Positions 29,689-40,500 of a stretch of DNA of 64,000 nucleotides are shown here, one piece after another. Position 1 is the first letter of the stretch, and each line of letters opens with the position of its first letter. The translations under genes and the position numbers were made by a program. The notes beneath the pieces are model-generated. The model was not told where the DNA came from. It made no database searches and worked only from the letters and a program-made list of their open reading frames with translations. Origin of the DNA: a virus; the IMG/VR virus record IMGVR_UViG_3300021168_000013. The stretch is one strand, 5' to 3'.

Positions 29689-30642
29689 TTAATGATTTTT
29701 AATTATAATTTCGGGGCTGGTTTTTTTAGATTTTTTGAATACTATATAAAGTATATTATATCCAATATTGAATGCTGTTGATATTTTTGCTAGATTTTTT
29801 TCTTTTTGTGCTTTGTGAGTATATATTGATTTAATTTCAACAATTGTATTGGTGGATTTTATAAAAATATCAGGAAAATAATTATGAGTTCTTCCATTAA
29901 AAGTATATTCTATGATAGGACATTCCTTTTCCGATGATGTTACAATATCATCTTCTTTGATATTATATTTTGTTAATAAATAATCAATTCCTCTGTCTTC
30001 ATAACCTTGTATTACTGTTCGTTTCCCCGATGGAAATATATATTCTTTCTTTTTATATCTTGCAATAAATCGCGCTTTTATCCAATCCAGTGTTTGTGGT
30101 CTGTTTACATTATTGGTTGCACATTTTATACACTTAATGTTATTTTTTCTCTGAAGACTTTGGATTTTATTTCTTACGACTACTTTTCCACAACATGGAT
30201 AAGTAATTGTGTATTCTTTTGTTATATTATTGTATATTATCCATTCTGGTAATGATTTATATGGTCCGCATTTTCTGTTTTTAATATTAATCCTATTTGC
30301 ACAACTATTGCATACACTATTCTTTTTAAAAAGTTCGGTTGCAGTGTATTTATTTATATAAGATAATATATTATTACATTGTGGACATTTTCTTTCATAT
30401 TTTTTGTTGATGACATTATAACAAACACCTTTAATGGTTTTACAAATAACACATTTATCCCCCAATGTTTTCGATGAATGATATGAAACAAACGAATGTA
30501 TATTACCGCACGTTTTACATGTTTTAATCCATACATTATTTTCTCTTTTTATATTGTCTGGATAAATCTTTTTAAATATGTCAGGATTAATTCTATATTG
30601 TTTTTGATATTCTTGTAATGTCATAATTCTCCTATTATACAT
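29689..30642 (-). CDS. Free-standing PD-(D/E)XK endonuclease with N-terminal zinc ribbons
   Basis: Several CxxC pairs; C-terminal QGYE...YFPDIFIKSTNTIVEIKS. Confidence 0.8.
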   Translation of the reverse strand: MYNRRIMTLQEYQKQYRINPDIFKKIYPDNIKRENNVWIKTCKTCGNIHSFVSYHSSKTLGDKCVICKTIKGVCYNVINKKYERKCPQCNNILSYINKYTATELFKKNSVCNSCANRINIKNRKCGPYKSLPEWIIYNNITKEYTITYPCCGKVVVRNKIQSLQRKNNIKCIKCATNNVNRPQTLDWIKARFIARYKKKEYIFPSGKRTVIQGYEDRGIDYLLTKYNIKEDDIVTSSEKECPIIEYTFNGRTHNYFPDIFIKSTNTIVEIKSIYTHKAQKEKNLAKISTAFNIGYNILYIVFKKSKKTSPEIIIKNH

Positions 30643-30818
30643 ATAATCAAAAACATAAAATATTTAAAAATATTTTATTTTAATAAATCATTTTATATTT
30701 TTCGGTGATTTTTATATATGTATTGTTACTAAAGAATACAATATACTCTATATTGTCCAATAAAATAATCTACTATTGGAGTTCATAAATAACTTCAGAA
30801 AATTAAGGAATTTAAAAT

Positions 30819-31979
30819 ATGTCAACATTATTTGAAGAAGCTATCGCTGATGCTAAAGCTGTTAGAGCAAGTGCTCTCGCTAATGCAAAAGCCGCATTAG
30901 AAGAGGCGTTTAAGCCACAAGTCGAAGCTATGCTTTCACAAAAATTAAAAGAAGAAGCTGGTATGGAAGAAGAAGGTGTGTTTGATAAAATCGCTGCCGG
31001 AACCTCAACCAGTGCTACTACATCTGCTCAGACTCATTATAAGTCTGCTGGTGGAAAAGAAGCTAATAAAGGTCAAGAAACTGACGTTTGGAAAGAAGGC
31101 GAAACTCAAGCTGTTGCTCCAACCGCTACTGCTCCAGCCCCAGTCCCAACGGGTCAAGGTGGACAAGGTGCTCCAGTTGCTGAAATGGCAAATGACGAGA
31201 CAGTGTCTGACAAAGAATTAGAAGAAATTTTGGCTGAATTAGGTCAAGAAATGTCCGAAGAAGGCGAAGTTCCTGCTCCTGCTGCTCCTGTAGCACCCGC
31301 TCCAGAAGCTCCTGCCGCTGTGGCACCAGAAGCTCCTGCTGCTCCTGTGGCTCCTGCTCCAGTTGCTGAACATGCTGAAGATCAAGAAGAAGTTGACTTA
31401 AATGAACTTCTCGCATCTTTGAATGAATCTGAAAAAGAGGAAGAGAAGAAAGACAAGGAAGAAGAAACTGTTGATGAGAATTACATTGATGGCAAGGCTG
31501 GTAAAGAGAAAGACCAAGAATATGGCAAAGCTGGCAAGAAAGTCAGTGGCGACCAAGATTATAAGAAAGTCTCTAAGGAATGCTATGAGAACGTTATTAA
31601 AGAACGTGATGATGCAGTTGCCGCAGTCGGTCATTATAAGAAACAGATCAATGAAGTTAATTTGTTAAATGCAAAACTTCTTTATACAAACAAATTGTTC
31701 AAGAACTATCCATTGTCCAATGAACAAAAGATGAAAATCGTCGAGACTTTCGACTTGACCCAGACGTTGCGTGAGGTCAAGATCGCATACACAAGTTTAG
31801 CTGAATCGTTTAATTTTGGTAAATCAGCGGTTAAAAAAACCAATACTGCTGCAAAAACTATTACCGAAGGATTAGCAAGTAAAACAGTAGCATCAACGAA
31901 GCCCGCTCCTAGCGTAATTGTTGAAAATACTAGCGCACAAGCAAAGAGATTCCAACTTCTTGCCGGAATCAAAGCTTAA
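30819..31979 (+). CDS. Prohead scaffold protein (T4 gp22-like)
   Basis: Acidic, coiled-coil, Ala/Pro-rich; directly upstream of the capsid gene; many (I/L)-x-E sites; AAGGA RBS. Confidence 0.85.
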   Translation: MSTLFEEAIADAKAVRASALANAKAALEEAFKPQVEAMLSQKLKEEAGMEEEGVFDKIAAGTSTSATTSAQTHYKSAGGKEANKGQETDVWKEGETQAVAPTATAPAPVPTGQGGQGAPVAEMANDETVSDKELEEILAELGQEMSEEGEVPAPAAPVAPAPEAPAAVAPEAPAAPVAPAPVAEHAEDQEEVDLNELLASLNESEKEEEKKDKEEETVDENYIDGKAGKEKDQEYGKAGKKVSGDQDYKKVSKECYENVIKERDDAVAAVGHYKKQINEVNLLNAKLLYTNKLFKNYPLSNEQKMKIVETFDLTQTLREVKIAYTSLAESFNFGKSAVKKTNTAAKTITEGLASKTVASTKPAPSVIVENTSAQAKRFQLLAGIKA

Positions 31980-32024
31980 TAAAATAGTAATGGTGAGAAA
32001 AATTAAACTATAAAGGAAAAATAT

Positions 32025-33770
32025 ATGAGTGATATTAAGTCATTATTGACAAATAATCAAAACCCTCAGACCCGTTTGATGGAAGAAACCCGTCAATTGC
32101 GTGGTAAGTGGGAAAAGACTGGCTTGCTTGAAGGTCTTAAAGGGATTGATCAAGCTAACATGTCTATCTTGCTTGAAAATCAAGCACAACAACTATTAGG
32201 TGAATCTACCGCTACCGGTACTTCCGCAAACAGTGAACAATGGGCTGGCGTAGCTCTCCCACTCGTTCGTCGTGTGTTTGCTGAAATCGCTGCGAAGGAA
32301 TTCGTCAGTGTTCAGCCTATGAACCTCCCATCTGGTCTTATTTTCTACTTGGATTTCAAGTATGGTAATACCGTTGAAGGTAAAGTATCGAACAACTCGT
32401 TGTTCGGTGGTAACGGCATCAAATATGGTTCTACCGACGCAGCCGTTGGTGGTCTTTATGGTGCTGGTTCTGGTTACTACACAGTTAACCAATACACAAG
32501 TTCTGCTTACAGTGTAACTTCTTCTGCTGCTATCGCCACAACGGTAACACCAGATGCATATTATTCTGCTAGTGCCAATGACTTGCAATATGACAGTACC
32601 TACACAAGTGGTAGTGTTGTCACAACGGCAAATCTTTGGAGAATCGACGTGAATCTTAGTGCGAACTTCTCAAGTTCTGATTTCGCAATCAATGATTCGT
32701 CCCTCCCATTAAGTAACATCTTCAATGCTGACTTAAACAGTGTTCGTGGATGGTTCTTGTCAGGCAGTTCTTATACAACTCTCGGACAATTCAATCAAGC
32801 TAGAAACATTGGAACGCTCTCCGCTCCACAATATGTTGCTACCTTAGTTGTTTCTGGTGCTATCAATGGTGGTACTGGTTCAAATGCCTTCGGTTACATC
32901 GCTTATCAGAAGCAGCCGAATGACAATAGTCGTGGTGATTTCGAAGATGCAAATCCAGCGTCATCCAACGTATTGAACAGTATTGGTATTCCTGAAGTCA
33001 ATTTGCAACTCAATAGTGAACCTATTGTTGCTAAGACTCGTAAGTTGAAAGCCGTTTGGACACCTGAATTGGCCCAAGACTTGAACGCCTATCACAGTAT
33101 TGATGCAGAAGCTGAATTGACTGCATTATTGAGTGAATATGTATCGATGGAAATCGACCTCGAAATCCTCGACATGTTAATCACTGCTGCTCCAGCTTCC
33201 ACAACGGATGCATGGTCTGCATTTATCGGACGTGAACTTGTTAAGAACCCTGTCGTTACTGGACAACCAGCTAACTTCACTGTTCAGCAAGATAACAGTT
33301 ACAAGACTGCTTACGTCAAATCCACATGGTTCCAAACTCTTGGTAACAAGATTCAAAAAGTAAGTAACACTATTCACCAGTTGACTCTCCGTGGTGGTGC
33401 TAACTTCTTAGTTTGTTCTCCATCTGTCGCAACGGTCTTGGAATCGATCCCGGGCTATGTTGTTAACACTGACGGTGATAGTGCCAAGTTCGCAATGGGC
33501 GTGTCTCGTGTTGGTAGCTTCGCAAGTCGCTTCCAAGTCTACAAGAACCCATACATGACTGAAAACGTCATCTTGGTTGGTTTCCGTGGAAATAACTTCC
33601 TCGAAACTGGTGCAGTATATGCTCCATACATCCCACTCGTTCAGACTCCATTGGTGTACGATCCAATTAACTTCACGCCAAGACGTGGTGTATTGACCCG
33701 TTATGCTAAAAAGGTGGTCCGCCCCGAATTTTACGGAAAAATCTATGTTGCGGACTTGAACCAAGTCTAA
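32025..33770 (+). CDS. gp23: Major capsid protein (T4 gp23-like)
   Basis: KWEKTGLLEGL, PLVRRVF, VSVQPMNLPSGLIF, AKTRKLKAVWTPELAQDL, YAPYIPL, PRRGVLTRY; AAGGA RBS. Confidence 0.98.
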   Translation: MSDIKSLLTNNQNPQTRLMEETRQLRGKWEKTGLLEGLKGIDQANMSILLENQAQQLLGESTATGTSANSEQWAGVALPLVRRVFAEIAAKEFVSVQPMNLPSGLIFYLDFKYGNTVEGKVSNNSLFGGNGIKYGSTDAAVGGLYGAGSGYYTVNQYTSSAYSVTSSAAIATTVTPDAYYSASANDLQYDSTYTSGSVVTTANLWRIDVNLSANFSSSDFAINDSSLPLSNIFNADLNSVRGWFLSGSSYTTLGQFNQARNIGTLSAPQYVATLVVSGAINGGTGSNAFGYIAYQKQPNDNSRGDFEDANPASSNVLNSIGIPEVNLQLNSEPIVAKTRKLKAVWTPELAQDLNAYHSIDAEAELTALLSEYVSMEIDLEILDMLITAAPASTTDAWSAFIGRELVKNPVVTGQPANFTVQQDNSYKTAYVKSTWFQTLGNKIQKVSNTIHQLTLRGGANFLVCSPSVATVLESIPGYVVNTDGDSAKFAMGVSRVGSFASRFQVYKNPYMTENVILVGFRGNNFLETGAVYAPYIPLVQTPLVYDPINFTPRRGVLTRYAKKVVRPEFYGKIYVADLNQV

Positions 33771-33795
33771 TCATAAACGTAAATATAATAATCAC

Positions 33796-33825
33796 AAAAC
33801 CCCTGTAAACACAGGGGTTTTTCTT
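33796..33825 (+). terminator. Intrinsic terminator after the capsid gene
   Basis: Stem AAAACCCCTGT/ACAGGGGTTTT, loop AAAC, T-rich tail. Confidence 0.9.
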
Positions 33826-33875
33826 TGTCTTAAAATAAAATTAAACTTTACCATAAATGTCCAATATGTATATAC

Positions 33876-34640
33876 ATGAGCACGAATATTGGGATATATA
33901 AAATAACAAACAAACAAAATGGAAAGTTCTATATCGGTTCATCTAAACAGATTGATCGTCGATGGTGGGAACACAAAAATGATTTAATTAAAAATAAACA
34001 TCATAATATTAAACTACAACATGCGTGGAATTATTATGGGTCAGATGCGTTCGATTTTATAATAATTGAAGAGGTAACTGCTGATAAATTATTAGAGCGG
34101 GAAGATTTCTATTTAAACACATTTAGACCATATATACGAGATATAGGTTATAATATAAATGATGTCGCTTCCGGTGGTGATTGGTTCACTAATCATCCAG
34201 ATAAAGAAAAATATAGATTAATATATTCACAAATGTCTTCGGGTAAGAACAATGCAATGTATGGCAAATCTCATTCAGAAGAATCGATTAATTTACAGAA
34301 GACACAGGCAATTGGTAGATATACATTGGAATGGTTTAAGAAGAAATGTGGTGATATTGATGGTGAGATTAAATATAAAGAACGAAACGAGAAATTAAAA
34401 AATAGGAAAATGAATTATAGTTACGACAATGGTTTGACTGGAACAACTAGAGAACCAATGTCACAAGATAACAAAAATAAAATATCAAGTAATAAAGCTA
34501 GATTAAAGTTATTAAAGCCTCAAATATTTGATGATATTAGGAGTGAATTATATACAATCAGTTTTTTGGCTGATAAGTATAAAACATCAACCACAATGAT
34601 AAAATACTATAAAAAACAAATTAAAAAGGGTATTGTTTAA
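33876..34640 (+). CDS. Free-standing GIY-YIG homing endonuclease (NUMOD3-type repeat)
   Basis: GIYKITN...FYIGSS...R..EH...HHN..LQ.AW..YG...GYN; NAMYGKSHSEES. Variant motif TATGTATA 11 nt upstream. Confidence 0.92.
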   Translation: MSTNIGIYKITNKQNGKFYIGSSKQIDRRWWEHKNDLIKNKHHNIKLQHAWNYYGSDAFDFIIIEEVTADKLLEREDFYLNTFRPYIRDIGYNINDVASGGDWFTNHPDKEKYRLIYSQMSSGKNNAMYGKSHSEESINLQKTQAIGRYTLEWFKKKCGDIDGEIKYKERNEKLKNRKMNYSYDNGLTGTTREPMSQDNKNKISSNKARLKLLKPQIFDDIRSELYTISFLADKYKTSTTMIKYYKKQIKKGIV

Positions 34641-34649
34641 ATTACGTAA

Positions 34650-34657
34650 TATTTATA
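34650..34657 (+). promoter_or_regulatory. Candidate late promoter TATTTATA
   Basis: 12 nt before ATG 34662. Confidence 0.6.
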
Positions 34658-34661
34658 CTAT

Positions 34662-35876
34662 ATGCCACAACAACAATTTAACAATTCATTGATTAGATGG
34701 CCGGGCAGCGGCAGTGCAGTAAACCTATCAACTGTGCCATATGGATACTACCTTAACGAATCTGGCGTCAATACGTCTAGTTTGGGGTCATTTGAGTACG
34801 ATTGCTATACATCAGCGATTTGGGCGGGCAAACGACTAGGCTATCCTATTGTTGATATAGAAATGATAGATGTTAATTTTTACAGTTGTTTTGAAGAAGC
34901 CGTCAACGAATATGGTTCTCAAGTAAATCAATTTAACATAATAAACAATCTATTAAATCTTCAAGGAATGAACATCAGTCAGAATCCTAACATTAGTGGA
35001 TTAAACGTTGTTGGTTCAGGATTGCCACAAATAGTTAGAATTGCCCAAGATTATGGTAGTTTAATTGGGGTTGGTGGTAATGTTGATGTGAAAAGAGTTC
35101 CTGTCCCAGTTAATCCTGCTCAACAAGAATATGATCTACAAGCATTAATCGGTGACGTTTATGAATCGGGGAGTGCAATTGAATTACGTAGATTGTTCCA
35201 TACAGACTTTTCTCCGGCATTTGCTCGTATTTATGACCCATTTTCCATGACGGGAATGAGTTATAGTAACGTATTGAATGAAATGGGTTTTGCTGGATAT
35301 TCTCCTGCAACACAATTCTTGATGACTCCGTTATTTGAGGACTTATTAAGAGGACAAGCTATTCAATTTAATGATTTAATAAGAAAGAGTGCCTTTACAT
35401 TTGAGTTGGTCAACAATAAATTAAGGTTATTCCCTATCCCAACATATCCCATGAATATATATGTTGATTACGTGGTAGTAAGTGATTATGTGAGTAGTGC
35501 TAATTTGTTTACATCTGGAAGCAATTATGCCGTAGTTAGTGATTACAGTAATGTGCCTTATCAAGAAGTTAAATATAGCAAATTAAACTCAGTTGCTAGA
35601 CAGTGGATTAGAAAGTTTTTCTTGGCATTATGTAAAGAGAATCTTGGAAGAATATTACAGAAATACAGTACCGTTCCTATTCCGGGAGGTGAAGTAACCT
35701 TAGATGGTAGTGAATTAAGAAGTGAAGCTACTGCTGAAAAAGAAGTTTTAATGTCACAATTGAGAGAAAATTTGGAAGCCAGTGGGCGTTCAGCATTAAT
35801 GGATGCAAAAGCCAACGAAGCTGAAAAGATGCAGGATACCTTAAAAATGGTTCCTCTTGGGATCTATATATATTAA
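34662..35876 (+). CDS. Neck / head-tail adaptor protein (gp13-like)
   Basis: RLGYPIVDIEM...FEEAV...Y; W....ALCKE.LG....KY..VPIPGG.VTLDG; first gene after the capsid block. Confidence 0.8.
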   Translation: MPQQQFNNSLIRWPGSGSAVNLSTVPYGYYLNESGVNTSSLGSFEYDCYTSAIWAGKRLGYPIVDIEMIDVNFYSCFEEAVNEYGSQVNQFNIINNLLNLQGMNISQNPNISGLNVVGSGLPQIVRIAQDYGSLIGVGGNVDVKRVPVPVNPAQQEYDLQALIGDVYESGSAIELRRLFHTDFSPAFARIYDPFSMTGMSYSNVLNEMGFAGYSPATQFLMTPLFEDLLRGQAIQFNDLIRKSAFTFELVNNKLRLFPIPTYPMNIYVDYVVVSDYVSSANLFTSGSNYAVVSDYSNVPYQEVKYSKLNSVARQWIRKFFLALCKENLGRILQKYSTVPIPGGEVTLDGSELRSEATAEKEVLMSQLRENLEASGRSALMDAKANEAEKMQDTLKMVPLGIYIY

Positions 35877-35879
35877 ATT

Positions 35880-36359
35880 ATGAGTGATTATTTTGGTAGA
35901 TATTTCAGTGATCGTGATAGGAATCTTGTTAGTGCATTAAATAATGAACTAAAGAATAATATAGTTGAGGTATATATTACCGCATTCACTATTGCTCCTA
36001 ATCAGACAAAGACGAATATCTATGGTGAATCGGTTGCTGCCACAGGTAAGAGTTTTTATCCCGGTATTGATATTTATTGTTGGATCGAACGTGCTGATTT
36101 AACTAATAGAAATGAAGGTTTCGGTAGCGACAAAACTCAAGATTTAGAGTTTAGATTTACCGAAGAAGATTTGCGTAATGCAAGTTATTATCCACAAAGC
36201 GGTGATGTATTTTTCTTCAATCAGCGTTATTATGAGATAGAGAATATTTTTAATGATAAACAATTATTGGGTGGGCAACCAGACAAAAACCTATCAATTA
36301 TAGCCAAATCTCATTACACCAAGATATCTTCGCTCAATGTTATATCCAGACAAGTGTAA
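35880..36359 (+). CDS. Neck / head-closure protein (gp14-like)
   Basis: NIYGE...GD.F.FN.RYYEI..I; position between adaptor and terminator. Confidence 0.7.
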   Translation: MSDYFGRYFSDRDRNLVSALNNELKNNIVEVYITAFTIAPNQTKTNIYGESVAATGKSFYPGIDIYCWIERADLTNRNEGFGSDKTQDLEFRFTEEDLRNASYYPQSGDVFFFNQRYYEIENIFNDKQLLGGQPDKNLSIIAKSHYTKISSLNVISRQV

Positions 36360-36389
36360 TAAAAATTGTATAATGATATCACTTATGCA

Positions 36390-36396
36390 TATTTAT
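36390..36396 (+). promoter_or_regulatory. Candidate late promoter TATTTAT
   Basis: 12 nt before ATG 36402. Confidence 0.6.
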
Positions 36397-36401
36397 TATA
36401 T

Positions 36402-37556
36402 ATGAGTTGGCAAGGAAATCCTAATAATAATCCACCTAATAATGTAGAATTACCTGACAGTGTCAGTGAATTAAACATAGGTGAAAATCGCGCTTTTAAT
36501 ACAAGACGTGATACCGATACTGTAAAAAACCCAACGGTTACATTGGAGGATATAGATTCCACAATCATAACACATCTCAGAGATTACATAAGTCCAACGG
36601 TCGTTACTAATGGTGACACTCGTGTAAAAGTTCCTGTAATATACGGTAGTCCAGAAAGATGGAAATCTGCCCAAATCGATGGGGTTTTCAAGGATTATAA
36701 CGGAAAAATTCAAGCACCAGTGATTGTTATAAAAAGAAGTAGTTTTACAAAAAATGAAAATTTAATGACTTTGAATAGACATCTACAATTCCCTGTGATG
36801 ACCAGATATACAGAGAAAAATAAATATGATAAGTTCAGCTTACTAACAAAAGCGGTGGTACCTGTCAATTCTATTTACATGGTTACGTTGCCAGATCATA
36901 TTAAAATCACTTACGATATCATGGTGTGGACAGATTTAGTTGAACAATTAAATGGAATCATTGAAAAGATTAACTTTGCTACGGAAGATTATTGGGGAGA
37001 TAAGAAACGTTATCAATTCCGTGTATATGCTAATGATTATTCAACTCCTATTGAGGTTGAGGATGGTGATGATAGATTAGTTCGTTGTGAATTATCATTA
37101 ACTGTTATGGGATATCTATTACCAGATAGTTTCGAAGATAGAAAACTTACAACACAAAAGATGTTGACTCCTAGACAGGTTATAGTTACTAGCGAGGTTG
37201 ATAGTAAAAATCCAAATGGGAATGGTAATGATAAGAAAAACAAAACTGTGTATAAAGATAATTTTATTGAGTTAGCTGAAGAAGCTCCACATTTAAATCC
37301 TCCTAAGATATCTTTTGGTGGAGATGTTGCTCCTGTTGTTACATTACAGAAGATACAGAATGCATATTCTAATTTGATTTCGGTGACAGATATAGGAAAC
37401 AGCGGTGGAACTTCTACCGTATGGCATTTTCCTCCTCCTGTGAACGCAACTGACCCGGGACAGGAAGGATGGATGTCGTATGATTCAAATTTTCATTATA
37501 TTTATGTTAACGGAGTTTGGAAGAGACAAGCTTTAACTGGATTTACACAATTTTAA
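36402..37556 (+). CDS. Tail terminator / sheath stabiliser (gp15-like)
   Basis: ATG 36402 preferred over TTG 36366. KVPVIYGSPERW, PDHIKITYDIMVWT...QLN.IIE. Confidence 0.75.
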   Translation: MSWQGNPNNNPPNNVELPDSVSELNIGENRAFNTRRDTDTVKNPTVTLEDIDSTIITHLRDYISPTVVTNGDTRVKVPVIYGSPERWKSAQIDGVFKDYNGKIQAPVIVIKRSSFTKNENLMTLNRHLQFPVMTRYTEKNKYDKFSLLTKAVVPVNSIYMVTLPDHIKITYDIMVWTDLVEQLNGIIEKINFATEDYWGDKKRYQFRVYANDYSTPIEVEDGDDRLVRCELSLTVMGYLLPDSFEDRKLTTQKMLTPRQVIVTSEVDSKNPNGNGNDKKNKTVYKDNFIELAEEAPHLNPPKISFGGDVAPVVTLQKIQNAYSNLISVTDIGNSGGTSTVWHFPPPVNATDPGQEGWMSYDSNFHYIYVNGVWKRQALTGFTQF

Positions 37557-37557
37557 A

Positions 37558-40500
37558 ATGATTCTTACACCATATACAATTCTTGTGGCACAAGTTGATG
37601 ATTCCGGCAGCCAGATCAATGAAGTTCATATATCTGGAAGCAATTTAACATTGCAGACAGACAACACTGGATTATTAATCGGATCAACAGTTTCTGGAAT
37701 ATCAAGTTCATACGCGTTGTCAGCAAGTTATACGCCAAACTCTGATACAGCGAGTTATTATAATGGGAATATAATAAATAATCAATTACCAATTGAAATC
37801 AATATATTGGGTGTTACTGCATCATTTCTAGGCAATTTGATCGGAACTAGTAGTTTAAGTAATAATTCAATAAATAGTATATCAGCATCATATGTACCTA
37901 ATTTATATCCAGTAACTAGTGTTCCTACTGCATCATTTTCATCAGCTAGTATAAGTTCCAGCTATGCGACAACTGCTGGTATATCTATTTCCTTTACTAG
38001 TAGTATTTTAAACAATCAATTACCAAATCAGATAAATGTCACAGGAATAACTGCATCATTTTCTGGTTCTATGTTAGGTACGTCTAGTTGGTCTAATAAT
38101 AGTTCGACATCTTCTTATATAAATGCAAGCGGTGTAAATGGAACTATATTGAGTGCGAGTTATTCCATAAGTTCGTCATATTCATCAACACAATTACCTG
38201 ATATTACAGATAATACATCCATTCACTACATTGGGGTTAATCAACCAAATCCACAATATCAATTGGATGTTAATGGTATAATAGGAAATAGTCATAATTC
38301 TACATGGCTGGCATTGGGAGGGAATAAAACACTATCTATCGGAGACGTATTAAACGTTTCAAATGATGCTACATTAAATACTGATGGTACGAATTTTTGG
38401 TTTAGTCCAAGTGGAATAAGAGTTGGTGTGGGTGGAATAACAGCTCCAGTAAATACTTTGGATGTAGTAGGTAACATTTCATGTTCTGTATTAACTGCAA
38501 GTTTACTTTATGGTACGGCTAGTTTGAGTAATAATTCTTTAACGGCTTCATATGTATCCTCTGGAAATGTCGTCGGAACAGTAACAAGTGCATCATACTC
38601 ATTGAGTGCATCTTATGTGCCAAATTTATATCCCGTGATCAATGTTCCTACTGCTTCTTTTGCATCATCCAGTATAAGTTCCAGTTACTCAACGTTGGCC
38701 GGAACAGCTACTATATACAATGGAAATATAATAAATAGTCAATTACCTACACAAATTAATGTAATCGGAATAACAGCATCATTTACAGGAAGTTTACTTG
38801 GTACGTCAAGTTGGAGTAGTAATAGTTTAACAGCGTCATATATATTAGCATCAAATATTGTAGGAACTGTAAATAGTGCATCATATAGTCTAAGTTCATC
38901 ATATACTATAAATACACTATCAGCATCTCATGCATTAATATCAGATTCAGCAAGTTATATCGATGCAAGTGGCATTAACACTGGAACATTAAATAATTTA
39001 AGATTGCCATCACAAATAAATGTTACAGGAATAACATCTAGTCAGTATGGTACATCGAGTTGGAGCAATAATAGTTTGACTTCTTCTTATATGAATGCTG
39101 GAGGAATTTTCGGCACAGTTAATAGCGCATCATACTCTTTAAGTTCTAGTTATTCAATAGTTGCTGGTACAGCTAATTTATTTAACGGAAATATAACAAA
39201 TGGCCAGCTTCCATCTCAAATTAACGTTACTGGTATAACAGCCAGTCATCTTGGTACTTCTAGCTGGAGTAGTAATTCTATATCAGCATCATATGCTCCA
39301 GTAACGTTGATATCTGGAAATACCTATACAATTACATCCTCATGGAGTAATAATAGTTTGACTTCCTCATATTTAATAGGATCTGTGACAAGTGCATCAT
39401 ATGCATTAAACTCCACGACTGCATCTGTATATATAGGTAATATAATTAACGGACAATTACCATCCCAAATCAGTGTTACTGGTATTACTGCATCATTCAC
39501 TGGAAGTTTAGTGGGATCGTTAACTGGTACATCCAGTTGGAGTAATAACTCTTTGACATCTTCATATTTGATAGGATCAATTACCAGTGCATCATATGCA
39601 TTAAGTTCATCTTATTCTACAACGGCTGGAACTGCTAGTAATTTTCTTGGGGCTATAACGAATGGTCAATTACCGTCACAAATAAATATTACTGGAATCA
39701 CTGCATCGGTCGTTGGTACATCTAGTTGGAGTAGTAATTCATTAACGGCTTCATATGTGTCCTCTGCAAACATCATTGGGACAGTAACGAGTGCATCATA
39801 TTCATTGAGCGCATCATATGCGCCAACCATATTAATTACAGGAAACACATATCCAATAACTTCTAGTTGGTCAAACAACACTATTTCATCAAGTTATATT
39901 GATGGAGGTAATATAGGTACTGGTACAATAAATAACTCAAGACTTCCTTCTCAGATAAATGTGACTGGTGTAACAGCTTCACTTTTAGGAACTTCTAGTT
40001 GGAGTAGTAATTCAATTTCATCTAGTTACATAGATGCGGGTAATATCAGTACAGGAACATTAAGTAATTCAAGATTACCGTCCCAAATTAATGTCACTGG
40101 TATCACATCAAGTCATTTTGGTACATCCAGTTGGAGCAATAACTCTATTTCATCCAGTTATTTGAGTGGTGGCGCGGTTGTTCCATTTATAAATGTATCT
40201 CCTATATTAATTCCTACTGGTTCGTTTGTTAATAGCGCGGCTGCCATATTCAATATAACAAGTAGTGTTGGTTCGGGATCAAATATATTTGGTAATATCA
40301 ATGTATTGGTTGCAACTGGCAGTGCTTATGGATTAGTTATAGCCGCTAGTGGAAGTGTTACATCATATGCTATTAGTGCTAGTAATGGATCAATAATAGC
40401 TAATGGTTTTTCTGGTAGTCTTTTAGGAACAGCAAGTTTATCAACAAATTCTGTTACGGCATCATATGGAGTAAGTTCAAGTTATTCAACCAACGCTTTT

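Noticed and set aside
8004-33770. Introns or inteins in primase, Mre11-Rad50, terminase, portal or capsid
   Set aside because: ORFs are continuous with no intein C/S...HN-C/S/T blocks; nearby endonucleases are free-standing.
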